Both the position numbers and the translations under genes were made by a program. Below the pieces are notes generated by a model that had not been told where the DNA came from, made no database searches, and saw only the letters and a program-made list of their open reading frames with translations. Of a stretch of 64,000 nucleotides of DNA, positions 9,625 to 18,685 are shown in pieces (within the stretch, counting starts at the first letter, position 1; each line of letters starts with the position of its first letter). Source of the DNA: Chloroflexota bacterium (GTDB taxonomy: Bacteria; Chloroflexota; Limnocylindria; Limnocylindrales; CSP1-4); assembly GCA_044506615.1 (NCBI GenBank), contig JBIQKJ010000004.1:134383-198382 (forward strand). Direction: 5' to 3'.

Positions 9625-10335
9625 GTGACCGAACCGCGCATCTGGGACGCGTATCTCACCGAGCGCGACCGGGCGTACACCGCGGCCCACCCGACCCGCC
9701 GGAAGGGCGCCGGCACGCGGCCGTGCCTGCTGCTCCTGGACCTGTACCGGGGCGCCTTCGGCGACTTCCCCGAGCCACTGCTCGAGGCCGTGCGCAGCTG
9801 GCCGGCGAGCTGCGGTGAGGCAGGCTGGGAGGCACTGCCGTCGATCCGGCAGGTCCTCGACGCTGCCCGCGCGGCGGGCATCCCCGTGATCCACTCGACG
9901 GGGCTCGGCGACGTCCCCGCGTGGGGGCAGGGAAATCCGCGCAACCCGGGCTCCGGTGGGCCCGCGGACGAGGCCACGTTGGATCGGCAGCGCCGCAAGT
10001 ACGAGATCATCGATGAGGTCGCCCCGCTGGACGGCGAGCTCGTGGTCCGGAAGGCGGCGCCGAGCGCCTTTTGGGGCACGCCCCTGCCGGGGCTCCTGGT
10101 CGGCCTCGGGATCGACACGCTGGTGGTCGTCGGGGAGACAACGAGCGGATGCGTTCGTGCGACGGTGGTCGACGGGCGGAGCCACCGCTACAGGATCATG
10201 ATCCCGGAGCCGTGCGTGTTCGACCGGACGGAGGCAAGCCACGCGCTGAGCCTCTACGACATGGACCAGAAGTACGCCGACGTCGTCCCGTTGCAGGCGG
10301 TCCTGGACTACCTCGCGGGGTTCCGCCCGGCCTGA
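9625..10335 (+). CDS. isochorismatase-family cysteine hydrolase (amidase-type)
   Basis: 236 aa with catalytic triad context LLLLDLY (Asp), VRKAAPSAF (Lys) and GETTSGCVRATV (Cys). GTG start. Confidence 0.8.
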   Translation: MTEPRIWDAYLTERDRAYTAAHPTRRKGAGTRPCLLLLDLYRGAFGDFPEPLLEAVRSWPASCGEAGWEALPSIRQVLDAARAAGIPVIHSTGLGDVPAWGQGNPRNPGSGGPADEATLDRQRRKYEIIDEVAPLDGELVVRKAAPSAFWGTPLPGLLVGLGIDTLVVVGETTSGCVRATVVDGRSHRYRIMIPEPCVFDRTEASHALSLYDMDQKYADVVPLQAVLDYLAGFRPA

Positions 10336-10961
10336 CGCCCGGCGGCGTCCCGCGTCCAGCCAGCCCGGGCGGCATCCCACCGGCCGACGACACGCACCGC
10401 GTCCGGGCCCTCGATCGCGGCCTGTCGACGCCGCCGCGAGACGACGGTCTCGCGCCAGCCGGGCGGCACGAGCCGCGGCGCGAGGTCGGCCAGCGGGGCG
10501 AGGACGAACAGCCGTTCCCCGGCGTCGCGATGCGGCACCTCGAGGAGTCGGGCGGCCTTCGCAGGATCGGCGTCGGCGTCGAGCGACCGCGCCTCGGGGG
10601 CCCGCTCGACCGAGATCCGCGCCCGGCCGAACACGAGCAGGTCGAGGTCGAGCTCGCGCGGTCCCCAGCGTCGTCGCTTGCGGCGGCCGAACTCGCGCTC
10701 GAGGCGCTTCAGCTCCCCGAGCAGGGCCAGGGCGCCGGTCTCCGGATCGGGGCCGCGCGGGACGTCGAGCGCCACGACCGCGTTGTGGAAGTCCGGCTGA
10801 TCCGTGACGCCGACGGGGGCCGTCGCGTAGAGCCGCGACACGCCCCGGAGCCCCACCCCCGGAAGCGACGCGAGGGCCCGCACCGCTTCCGCGAGCGTCG
10901 CGCGTGCGTCCCCGACGTTGGCGCCGAGACCGATGTAGGCGCGAACCCGTCGCTGGGGCAC
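10308..10961 (-). CDS. folK: 2-amino-4-hydroxy-6-hydroxymethyldihydropteridine diphosphokinase (HPPK)
   Basis: C-terminal 217 aa of ORF 10308..12026: VRAYIGLGANVGD...RLYATAPVG..QPDFHNAVVAL...GPRELDLDLL...PHRDAGERLFVLAPLADL. GTG at 10961 is preceded by GGAGGAGGAG. The 3' end overlaps the convergent isochorismatase gene by 28 nt. Confidence 0.8.
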   Translation of the reverse strand: MPQRRVRAYIGLGANVGDARATLAEAVRALASLPGVGLRGVSRLYATAPVGVTDQPDFHNAVVALDVPRGPDPETGALALLGELKRLEREFGRRKRRRWGPRELDLDLLVFGRARISVERAPEARSLDADADPAKAARLLEVPHRDAGERLFVLAPLADLAPRLVPPGWRETVVSRRRRQAAIEGPDAVRVVGRWDAARAGWTRDAAGRQAGRNPAR

Positions 10962-10994
10962 GGCTCCTCCTCCGTCCGAGGCTAGACTCGGCTG

Positions 10995-12077
10995 ATGGAC
11001 CCCGTCGCGACCTGGATCCTGCACGCGGAGCCCGGCACGACCGCCGGCCCGATCGAACGGTGGGTCGCGGCCGCGCGTCGGGCGATCGCGGACCGGCACC
11101 GCGACGGGTTCCTCGCCGCCGGCGCGGCATCGGCGACGGTGATTGCCGGTCCGCCCGACGATACACCGTTCGGCGCCCGGCTCCGGCGGCTCGTCGAGCG
11201 CGAGCGGCCAGCCGGCGTGATCGTGCTGGGTTCCGGCGCGGTGCCGCTGGCCTCGGCGGCGGATCGGCGTGCGCTCGTTGCCGCGGCAGCGTCCGCCGCG
11301 CCGATCGCACTCGCCAACAACCGGTACTCCGCCGACGTCGTCGCGATCCCCTGCGCGGAGCGGCTGACCGCCTTGCCAGACCTTCCGTCCGACAACGTGC
11401 TCCCGCGCTGGCTCGCGGAGATCGGCGGGTACGAGGTCCGGGACCTGGGCCGCCGGTGGCGCCTCGCGCTCGACGTCGACGGACCACTGGATCTCCTGCT
11501 GCTCGGGCGTGCCCCGGACGACGGCGACGGCGACGGCGACACCGACGTTTCGCGCGCGCGCGCGAATCTTCGTAGCGTGGCTGCGGTCGCCCGCGATCCG
11601 CGGGCGGAGCTGCTCGTGGCAGGGCGGACGTCCGGGGGCACGCTTGGATGGCTCGAGCGCGGGGTCGCCGCACGGGTCCGCGTCCTCGTCGAAGAGCGCG
11701 GCCTTCGGGCGTCCTCGCCACTCGCCTGGGGCGGTGAGCCGAGCAGGCTCCGCGTCCGACCGCCGCGCTCGGTGCTGGGCGCCCTGCTCGATCGCGACGG
11801 CCCCGGCGCGGTCGGCGCCCGGCTCGCCGAGCTGGCCGATGCGGCCGTCGTCGACACGCGGGTCCTGCTCGCCCACCGGTTCGGGCCGTCGGAGCGCGAC
11901 TGGCCCAGCCCCGAGGATCGTTTCGCGTCCGACCTGCTCCTCGCCGACCGCGTCGCGAATCCATGGCTCCGAGCGCTCACCGAGTCCGCGGCCTCGGCGC
12001 CGATCCCCGTGGTCCTCGGCGGGCACACGCTCGTCGGACCGGGGCTGCGCCTGCTCGGGAGCCGGCGATGGAGCTGA
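10995..12077 (+). CDS. hypothetical protein (360 aa), translationally coupled to the DUF185 methyltransferase
   Basis: GC3-rich ORF with normal amino-acid composition and no motif I can name. A TAGACT hexamer (10983-10988) sits 6 nt before the ATG, which suggests a leaderless transcript. The 3' end overlaps the next gene by 10 nt. Confidence 0.5.
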   Translation: MDPVATWILHAEPGTTAGPIERWVAAARRAIADRHRDGFLAAGAASATVIAGPPDDTPFGARLRRLVERERPAGVIVLGSGAVPLASAADRRALVAAAASAAPIALANNRYSADVVAIPCAERLTALPDLPSDNVLPRWLAEIGGYEVRDLGRRWRLALDVDGPLDLLLLGRAPDDGDGDGDTDVSRARANLRSVAAVARDPRAELLVAGRTSGGTLGWLERGVAARVRVLVEERGLRASSPLAWGGEPSRLRVRPPRSVLGALLDRDGPGAVGARLAELADAAVVDTRVLLAHRFGPSERDWPSPEDRFASDLLLADRVANPWLRALTESAASAPIPVVLGGHTLVGPGLRLLGSRRWS

Positions 12078-13261
12078 GCGCCGGCTTCCGGCGGGAGCCG
12101 GCCGTCGATCTCGAGGCCGTCGGCGAGGACGAGGGGCTCGCCGCGCGCATCCGCGCCGAGATCGACCGGGGCGGGCCCATGACCTTCGCGCGCTTCATGG
12201 AGCTCGCGCTGTACGACCCTGACGGCGGCTACTACCGAGCCGAGGCGTCGCGGCCCGGCCGCGCGGGGGACTTCCTCACGGCCCCCGAGACCCACCCGAT
12301 CTTCGGTGCCGTGCTCGCCGGTCAGCTGGCCGAGGCCTGGGACGTCCTCGGGCGTCCGGATCCGTTCGCGATCCGCGAGCACGGGGCCGGAGCCGGGGCG
12401 CTCGCGGAATCCGTGCTCCGCACGCTCGCCGCGGAAGCGCCCCCGGTGCTGGCGGCCGTTCGCTACGAGCCCGTCGAGGTCGATCCCCGGCGCATCGCGC
12501 AGCTCACCGATCGCCTGACCGCCGCCGGGCTGGAGCGGCACCTGGCCCAGCCGCAGGAGGAGCCGGTCACCGGCGTCGTGCTCGGCAACGAGGTCCTCGA
12601 TGCGCTGCCCGTCCACCGCGTCGGGGTCCGGGAAGGTCGGCTGCTCGAGCGCTACGTCGGGGTCGAGGGGACGGCGTTCGTCGACGTGTGGGGCGAGCCG
12701 TCGTCACCGGCGCTCGCGACCCGGCTGGCCGCTGAAGGCGTCTCGCTCGCCGAGGGCCAGTCGGCGGAGATCGGCCTCGCGCTGGACCCATGGGTGGCGG
12801 AGGCCGCCGGCGGCCTGGGCCGGGGACTCATGCTGCTCGTCGATTACGGCGCCCCGGCCGGCGAGCTGTACGACCCGGCCCGCCGGCCGCACGGGACGCT
12901 CCGCGCCTACCTTCGACACCGGGTGCACGACGATGTCTACCGCCACGTCGGCCGGCAGGACCTCACCGCACACGTGGACCTGACGGCGCTCGACGAGGCG
13001 GCGCGAGCCGCGGGTCTCGAGCCGGTCGGCGCGACGACGCAGGCCGAGTTCCTGGTCGGGGGCGGTCTCGAGCGACGACTCCAGGCGGTTCGCGACGACC
13101 CCGCGACGTCGCTTCGCGACTACGTCGAGCTTCGCTCCGCGGTCATGCGGCTCATCGACCCGGCCGCGACCGGCGGGTTCCGCGTGCTGGCCTACGGTCG
13201 CGGCTGGCCGGCGGGCGTCGCGCTGTCGGGGTTCGCCTTCCGCGGGCCGAGACGGCGCTGA
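12068..13261 (+). CDS. SAM-dependent methyltransferase, DUF185 / MidA / NDUFAF7 family
   Basis: 397 aa from MELSAGFRREP. The segments PMTFARFMELALYDPDGGYY...GDFLTAPE..PIFG...EHGAGAG...GNEVLDALPVH...YGR are characteristic of the COG1565/NDUFAF7 family. Confidence 0.75.
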   Translation: MELSAGFRREPAVDLEAVGEDEGLAARIRAEIDRGGPMTFARFMELALYDPDGGYYRAEASRPGRAGDFLTAPETHPIFGAVLAGQLAEAWDVLGRPDPFAIREHGAGAGALAESVLRTLAAEAPPVLAAVRYEPVEVDPRRIAQLTDRLTAAGLERHLAQPQEEPVTGVVLGNEVLDALPVHRVGVREGRLLERYVGVEGTAFVDVWGEPSSPALATRLAAEGVSLAEGQSAEIGLALDPWVAEAAGGLGRGLMLLVDYGAPAGELYDPARRPHGTLRAYLRHRVHDDVYRHVGRQDLTAHVDLTALDEAARAAGLEPVGATTQAEFLVGGGLERRLQAVRDDPATSLRDYVELRSAVMRLIDPAATGGFRVLAYGRGWPAGVALSGFAFRGPRRR

Positions 13262-13499
13262 CCCGTCCCGGACCCCACCGCACCGGTTCGGACCGCACTA
13301 CGGCGAACGCCCTATTGCCCGCGGGTCGCCCGATCGGCGACGCTCGGACGCGGTCCGGGGACCACCCGGGAGGGGAGCGGCGACGGACCTGCACGCGCGC
13401 TCGACGTTTCCGCTTCCCTCCCGGCACCACGCTCCCGTCGGCCCGGACTCGCGCCGGCCGGCGGATGCCGCGGGGCGGACCGCCTCCGTGCAGCACCGC

Positions 13500-13508
13500 T
13501 GCTAGAAT
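13500..13508 (+). promoter_or_regulatory. candidate extended -10 promoter element (TGCTAGAAT) for the nuo operon
   Basis: TGnTAnnnT match about 90-105 nt upstream of nuoA, in a 335-nt intergenic region. No good -35 element. The inverted repeat CCGTGG(13511-16)/CCACGG(13529-34) follows immediately. Confidence 0.3.
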
Positions 13509-13595
13509 GACCGTGGTTCGTGGCTGCCCCACGGCGGGGTTCTCCTGCCACGCGAACGGGTCCCCGATCCCGACGACAATCGACGGCGGGAGCGA

Positions 13596-13970
13596 GTGCC
13601 CACAGGAGTTCGGTTGGAAGCGATCTGGTACATCCTGGGCTTCGCCTTCGCCGGCGTGTCCTTCGTGTTCCTCACGATCGGCGCGGCGTGGCTCGTGTCC
13701 CACCGGACGCGCGGTGACGAGCACAAGGGCCTTCCCTACGAGTCCGGCATCGACACCTACGGCGACACCCACGGACGCTTCGGTCTCTCCTTCTACATCT
13801 ACGCGCTGCTCTTCGTCGCGTTCGACATCGAGGTGGTCTTCCTGTTCGTCTGGGCCCTCACGTTCGACGACCTGCTGCTCGGCGGGTTCATCAGCATGGC
13901 GATCTTCGTGATCGTGCTGCTCGTCGGCCTCGCCTACGCCGTCCGGAAGGGGGCGCTGACGTGGCATTGA
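13596..13970 (+). CDS. nuoA: NADH-quinone oxidoreductase subunit A
   Basis: Three TM segments plus the conserved PYESGI...F...FY..ALLFV.FD.E..FL motif. An alternative TTG start at 13614 has AGGAG 5 nt upstream. Confidence 0.9.
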   Translation: MPTGVRLEAIWYILGFAFAGVSFVFLTIGAAWLVSHRTRGDEHKGLPYESGIDTYGDTHGRFGLSFYIYALLFVAFDIEVVFLFVWALTFDDLLLGGFISMAIFVIVLLVGLAYAVRKGALTWH

Positions 13971-14668
13971 ATCCGGACGGCGCGCCCGAGACCGCGGGCG
14001 GCATCGTCGTGGCCGAGCCGGCCGACCTGACCGAGCCGCTCATCGTCCCCAACACCCTCTGGCAGTCGCCCCACCCGAACGCGTACGCCAACGCGCTGGG
14101 CCCGGCCAACGACCACCTGCGCGAGCTCGAGGAACACGGGGTCGGGCGGCGCGACGACGCCCGCTGGGGCGGCCCGCTCGAGGTCATCCCCACCAAGGCC
14201 GACTACGTCCTCGACCTGATCCGGATGAACTCGCTCTGGCCGCTGCTGTCGGGCCTAGCCTGCTGCGCGATCGAGATGATGTCGTCCGCGACGTCGAAGA
14301 ACGACATCGACCGCTTCGGCCACTTCCCGTTCCGCGCCTCGCCCCGCCAGGCGGACGTGCTGATCGTCGCGGGCACGCTGACGACCAAGATGGCCGGCCC
14401 GCTCATCCGGCTCTGGGAGCAGATGCCCGAGCCGAAATGGTGCGTGGCGATGGGCGACTGCACGTGCTCGGGCGGTCGCTACAAGCGGAGCTACTCGACG
14501 ATCGAGGGCATCGACCGGGTCATGCCGGTCGACGTCTACGTCCCCGGCTGCCCGCCCCGTCCGGAAGGGCTGATCTTCGCGATGATGAAGCTCCAGCAGC
14601 TCGTCAAGCAGCGCCGCGGCCACTGGCCCGAGCGGATGATCGGGCCGAACGTCCCGGAGGGCGTCTGA
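13961..14668 (+). CDS. nuoB: NADH-quinone oxidoreductase subunit B (N2 cluster)
   Basis: [17 protein letters not shown] and VPGCPPRPE cysteine motifs, with an approximately 60-aa N-terminal extension. GTG overlaps the nuoA stop by 10 nt. Confidence 0.9.
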   Translation: MALNPDGAPETAGGIVVAEPADLTEPLIVPNTLWQSPHPNAYANALGPANDHLRELEEHGVGRRDDARWGGPLEVIPTKADYVLDLIRMNSLWPLLSGLACCAIEMMSSATSKNDIDRFGHFPFRASPRQADVLIVAGTLTTKMAGPLIRLWEQMPEPKWCVAMGDCTCSGGRYKRSYSTIEGIDRVMPVDVYVPGCPPRPEGLIFAMMKLQQLVKQRRGHWPERMIGPNVPEGV

Positions 14669-14670
14669 CC

Positions 14671-15240
14671 GTGGATCGCCGCTTCAAGGCGCGCCTGGAG
14701 GCGCGCTTCGGTGACCAGTTGCTCGGACCGGTCCGGCAGCGCCACGATCAGACCGAGATCCGGATCGGGCCCGGCGACGTCGTGCCCGTCCTGACGACGC
14801 TCCATGACGACCCCGAGCTCCGGTTCGAGTTCCTCGCCGACCTGTGCGGCGTCGACACGGGCGACGCGATGCAGGCCGTCTACCACCTCTGGAGCGACGT
14901 GACGCCCGACTGGCTCCGCGTCATCGTCGACGGGCTGTCCCGCGAGGACCCGCGCGTGCCCTCGCTGACCTTCCTGTGGAAGGGCGCCGAGTGGATGGAG
15001 CGCGAGGCGTACGACATGTTCGGGATCATCTTCGAGGGCAACCGCGACCTGCGGCGCATCTACATGCCGCCCGACTACTCGAGCTTCCCCCTCCGCAAGG
15101 ACTTCTACCTCGCCGACGACGCGGCCCGCTCCCCGGGCGCCGGCATCCGACACATGGAGCAGACCCATCTCCCGGTGAACACGCCGTCGGCGGCGATCCG
15201 CCGCACGCCGGCCGCTCGCCAGCTGCCGCCAAGCCGATGA
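14671..15240 (+). CDS. nuoC: NADH-quinone oxidoreductase subunit C
   Basis: 189 aa from GTG at 14671. Conserved WKGAEWMEREAYDMFGIIFEGN..LRRI segment. Confidence 0.85.
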   Translation: MDRRFKARLEARFGDQLLGPVRQRHDQTEIRIGPGDVVPVLTTLHDDPELRFEFLADLCGVDTGDAMQAVYHLWSDVTPDWLRVIVDGLSREDPRVPSLTFLWKGAEWMEREAYDMFGIIFEGNRDLRRIYMPPDYSSFPLRKDFYLADDAARSPGAGIRHMEQTHLPVNTPSAAIRRTPAARQLPPSR

Positions 15241-16457
15241 CGACGACGACCCCGCGTCCTTCCGCCGACGACCCCCGCGTCCTGCTCGAGCAGGAGGTCG
15301 GGGTGTTCGAGCCGGTCCCGCCGTACCCGCCCCGCACCGAGCGGGAGGCCGAGTTCTACACGCTCGGCGACGGCCAGATGTTCATCAACATGGGTCCGCA
15401 GCACCCGTCGACCCACGGCGTGCTCCGGGTCGTGCTGAAGATCGAGGGCGAGAACGTCGTCGACCTCGACCCCGTGCTCGGCTACCTCCACCGGGGCGTC
15501 GAGAAGCTGTGCGAGAACTCGGACTACCACCAGGTCATCAGCCAGGTCGACCCGCTCGAGTACGTCAGCGCCCTGTTCAACGAGTGGGGCGCCGTCGCCT
15601 CGTTCGAGAAGCTGCTCGACGTCCAGGTCCCGCGCCGCGCCGAGTACATCCGCGTCCTGTCGTCCGAGCTCAACCGGGTCGCGAGCCACGCCCTGTTCAT
15701 GGGCTGGATGGCGCTCGACCTCGGCGGGCTGACGCCGATCCTGTGGTCGTTCATCGAGCGCGACGAGATCGTCGAGATGCTCGCGTCGCTCACCGGCCAG
15801 CGGATGCTCTTCAACTACTTCCGGATCGGCGGCGTCAACGGCGATCTCAACCACGACTTCATGAGCAGGCTCGGGGACTGGATGAGCCGGGCGACCGAGC
15901 AGATCGAGGCCAACGCCGGGCTGCTCAACGAGAACGAGATCTTCGTCCGTCGCATGCGGGGTCTCGGCACGATCGACACGAAGACCGCGCTCCGCATGTG
16001 CTTCACCGGACCGAACCTGCGGGCGACCGGTGTGCCGTTCGACGTCCGCCGGGCACACCCGTACTCGGTCTACCCCGAGCTCGACTTCGACATCCCCACT
16101 CGGAGCGAAGGCGACTGCCTCGCGCGCTACCTGCTGCGCGTCGACGAGATCAAGCAGAGCCTCCGGATCATCGACCAGTGCCTCCACGAGATGCCCGACG
16201 GGCCGATCATGGCCAAGCTCCCGCGCCTGCTGCGCCCGCGCCCGGGCCGCGCCTACAGCGCCGTCGAGTCGCCGCGCGGCCAGTACGCGACGTACGTCGT
16301 CTCGGACGGCACCGACCAGCCGTACCGCATGCGCATCCACGACCCGTCGTTCATCCACCTGCAGTCGGTCGGGCTGCTCATGGAGGGGCAGCTGATCGCC
16401 GACACCATGGCGATCATGGCGAGCCTCGATCCCATCATGGGCGGGGTCGACAAGTGA
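15237..16457 (+). CDS. nuoD: NADH-quinone oxidoreductase subunit D
   Basis: 406 aa with an ATGA overlap to nuoC. NMGPQHPSTHGVLRVVL, GYLHRGVEKL and the C-terminal DPIMGGVDK. Confidence 0.9.
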   Translation: MTTTTPRPSADDPRVLLEQEVGVFEPVPPYPPRTEREAEFYTLGDGQMFINMGPQHPSTHGVLRVVLKIEGENVVDLDPVLGYLHRGVEKLCENSDYHQVISQVDPLEYVSALFNEWGAVASFEKLLDVQVPRRAEYIRVLSSELNRVASHALFMGWMALDLGGLTPILWSFIERDEIVEMLASLTGQRMLFNYFRIGGVNGDLNHDFMSRLGDWMSRATEQIEANAGLLNENEIFVRRMRGLGTIDTKTALRMCFTGPNLRATGVPFDVRRAHPYSVYPELDFDIPTRSEGDCLARYLLRVDEIKQSLRIIDQCLHEMPDGPIMAKLPRLLRPRPGRAYSAVESPRGQYATYVVSDGTDQPYRMRIHDPSFIHLQSVGLLMEGQLIADTMAIMASLDPIMGGVDK

Positions 16458-16632
16458 TCGTGGCACGACCTCCGGCGTGTCGCAGGACGGCCGATCGCTG
16501 CGTTGCCCGCTCCGCTGCTCGCTCACGCACGCCGCAGTGCGCTCGCTTCGCTGCTCGCGGGCGCCTTGCGCTCGGCTCGTCCGGCGACACGCAAGGCGGT
16601 TCGGCGCGGCCTGATCTTCGGGTGGTGACGGC
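16458..16632 (+). other. 175-nt structured non-coding spacer inside the nuo operon, at the position where nuoE-F-G normally sit
   Basis: No plausible ORF. A 9-bp inverted repeat CGCCTTGCG(16562-70)/CGCAAGGCG(16590-98), a GCCCGC...GCGGGC pair flanking 16507-16560, and a repeated CGCTGCTCGC motif. Confidence 0.5.
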
Positions 16633-18003
16633 ATGACGGTCATCGGGCGCTCCTGGAACCGGCTGACGCTGCCCGGGAAGATCGTCTTCACGGCCGTTCC
16701 GATCCTGCTCGCGCTGACGGTCGGGCTCATCGCCGCGGTCGCGATCCTCGGCGGACCGGCGCTCGACCTGCTCGCCGCGAACCTGCCGATCGTCCGGTTC
16801 GTCGTGGCCGCGACGGTCATCCTGCTGATGACCGTGCCGACGGCGTTCCTGATCATCTACATGGAGATGAAGATCATCGCGCTGATGAACCTCCGGATCG
16901 GCCCGGACCGGGTCGGCCCGTGGGGCTCGCTGCTGTCGGTGGTCCACGGCCTCAAGGTCCTCATGAAGGAGGACTTCACGCCGACCGGCGCGGACGCGCT
17001 CGTCTTCACCTGGGCGCCGGTCGTGGTGTACCTGACGAGCGTGATGACGCTGCTCGTGATCCCCTTCGGACCCGGGCTGGTCGGACAGCACTTCGACCTC
17101 GGCCTGCTGTACTTCTTCGCGATCAGCGGCCTGTCGGTCGTGGGCCTGCTGATGGGCGGCTGGGCGAGCTTCAACAAGTACTCGCTGCTCGGCGGCCTGC
17201 GCTCGGCCGCCCAGGTCGTGAGCTACGAGATCCCGCTCGTGCTGTCGGTCGTCGGCATCATCATGATCGCCGGGACGATGGACCTCGACGTGATCGTCCG
17301 CAACCAGGCCGGCTGGTTCACCGACTGGTACATCTGGCAGCAGCCGCTCGGCGCACTGATCTTCTTCATTGCCGCGACCGCCGAGGCGAACCGCACGCCG
17401 TTCGACCTCACGGAGGCCGACTCGGAGATCGTGGCCGGCTTCGCCACCGAGTACTCCGGCATGCGCTTCGGCTTCTTCTTCTTCGCCGAGTACGTCAACG
17501 TCTTCATCATCTCGGCGCTCACGGTCACGCTCTTCTTCGGCGGCTGGAACGCGCCGTTCGCGTGGCCGGAGGCCTGGGCGATCAACCTGTCGCTCGATCC
17601 GGGCTCGCTCGGGATCGGCCTGCTGCTGCTCGTCCTCGTGGCGCCCGTCGTCCTGACCCTGATCTTCGCGATCCCGTTCTGGCTGGCCAGCTCGCGGGTG
17701 AAGGGTTGGCAGGCGCTGGTCGCGGGGTTCGTGCTCGCCAACCTGTTCATCGTCGGCGCGATCATCGGCGCCGGCTGGATCGGGTTCGAGTGGGTCGCCG
17801 GGGTCGTCTGGTTTATGCTCAAGACGTACCTGTTCGTGTTCACGTTCGTCTGGATGCGCGGAACCCTGCCCCGGGTGCGCATCGATCAGCTGATGAACTT
17901 CGCCTGGAAGTGGTTGATGGAGCTGGCGTTCCTCAACATCTTCATCACGGCGGCCGCGATCATCGTCATCAAGACCCTGAACCCCGAGGCACTGCCGCGA
18001 TGA
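16633..18003 (+). CDS. nuoH: NADH-quinone oxidoreductase subunit H
   Basis: 456 aa, multi-TM. Conserved MEMKIIALMNLRIGPDRVGPWG, LMKED, EANRTPFDL.EADSEIVAGF.TEYSGMRF and MRGTLPRVRIDQLM. Confidence 0.9.
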   Translation: MTVIGRSWNRLTLPGKIVFTAVPILLALTVGLIAAVAILGGPALDLLAANLPIVRFVVAATVILLMTVPTAFLIIYMEMKIIALMNLRIGPDRVGPWGSLLSVVHGLKVLMKEDFTPTGADALVFTWAPVVVYLTSVMTLLVIPFGPGLVGQHFDLGLLYFFAISGLSVVGLLMGGWASFNKYSLLGGLRSAAQVVSYEIPLVLSVVGIIMIAGTMDLDVIVRNQAGWFTDWYIWQQPLGALIFFIAATAEANRTPFDLTEADSEIVAGFATEYSGMRFGFFFFAEYVNVFIISALTVTLFFGGWNAPFAWPEAWAINLSLDPGSLGIGLLLLVLVAPVVLTLIFAIPFWLASSRVKGWQALVAGFVLANLFIVGAIIGAGWIGFEWVAGVVWFMLKTYLFVFTFVWMRGTLPRVRIDQLMNFAWKWLMELAFLNIFITAAAIIVIKTLNPEALPR

Positions 18004-18680
18004 GCTTCATCCCCGGGCTCGGGATCGTGAAGGGAATGGGTGTCACCCTTCGCCGGTTCTTCGAGCCCAAGGCCACGATCAAGTACCCCGAGGAGCGGGC
18101 CGACGTCGCGCCGCGCTTCCGCGGCCGCCTCCAGCTGCTCTACGACGAGTGGGGCACGCTCAAGTGCGAGACCTGCTTCCAGTGTGCGCAGGCCTGCCCC
18201 ATCGAGTGCATCGACATGGGCGGGATCGACACCCGCGGTCGCTACCACGTCCATTGGGGCCCGCCCGAGACGTACGACGAGCGGCGCGAGGAGTCCGCGC
18301 TGCGCCGGTCGGGGCGACCCGTGCCCGATCCGAAGTTCACCCACTTCCAGCCCGTCGACCTGGCGGCGGTCGACGCGGTCCTCGAGGACTACGACCACGA
18401 TCCGAAGGCGCTCCTCCCGATCCTCGAGGGCGTCCAGGCCGCCTACGGCTACCTCCCGGTCGCGGCGATCAAGCGGATCAGCCAGAAGACCGGCGCCTGG
18501 TACGCCTACATCTACGGGACCGCGTCCTACTACAAGCACCTCCGGTTCGAGCCGGCGATGGACGAGACCCAGGCGGCGGCGATGGACGCGCTGCGGCCGA
18601 ACGAGGCGTCCTACCTGGCCGCATTCGACGCCGCGCTGCGGACCGGCGGCGCGGGCTCCGGCTCGCAGGCTCGAGCGTAA
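18000..18680 (+). CDS. chimeric subunit: N-terminal half of NuoI (one 4Fe-4S motif) fused to a NuoE-like N-terminal helical domain that has no cysteines
   Basis: 226 aa with an ATGA overlap to nuoH. Residues about 1-75 (IKYPEERADVAPRFRGRLQL...KCETCFQCAQACPIEC) match the NuoI N-half. Residues about 110-170 (DPKALLPILEGVQAAYGYLPVAAIKRISQKTGAWYAYIYGTASYYKHLRFEP) match the NuoE N-terminal domain. There are no further Cys residues. Confidence 0.75.
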   Translation: MSFIPGLGIVKGMGVTLRRFFEPKATIKYPEERADVAPRFRGRLQLLYDEWGTLKCETCFQCAQACPIECIDMGGIDTRGRYHVHWGPPETYDERREESALRRSGRPVPDPKFTHFQPVDLAAVDAVLEDYDHDPKALLPILEGVQAAYGYLPVAAIKRISQKTGAWYAYIYGTASYYKHLRFEPAMDETQAAAMDALRPNEASYLAAFDAALRTGGAGSGSQARA

Positions 18681-18685
18681 CCGGG

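Noticed and set aside
9496-11964. 822-aa minus-strand ORF spanning the isochorismatase, folK and hypothetical genes
   Set aside because: The translation is nearly pure Arg/Ala/Gly/Pro. It overlaps three genes on both strands that have proper motifs or composition.
16458-16632. Possible remnant (pseudogene) of nuoE in the nuoD-nuoH spacer
   Set aside because: None of the three forward frames gives anything resembling NuoE, NuoF or NuoG motifs. It is too short and repeat-rich, so it is reported only as a structured spacer.
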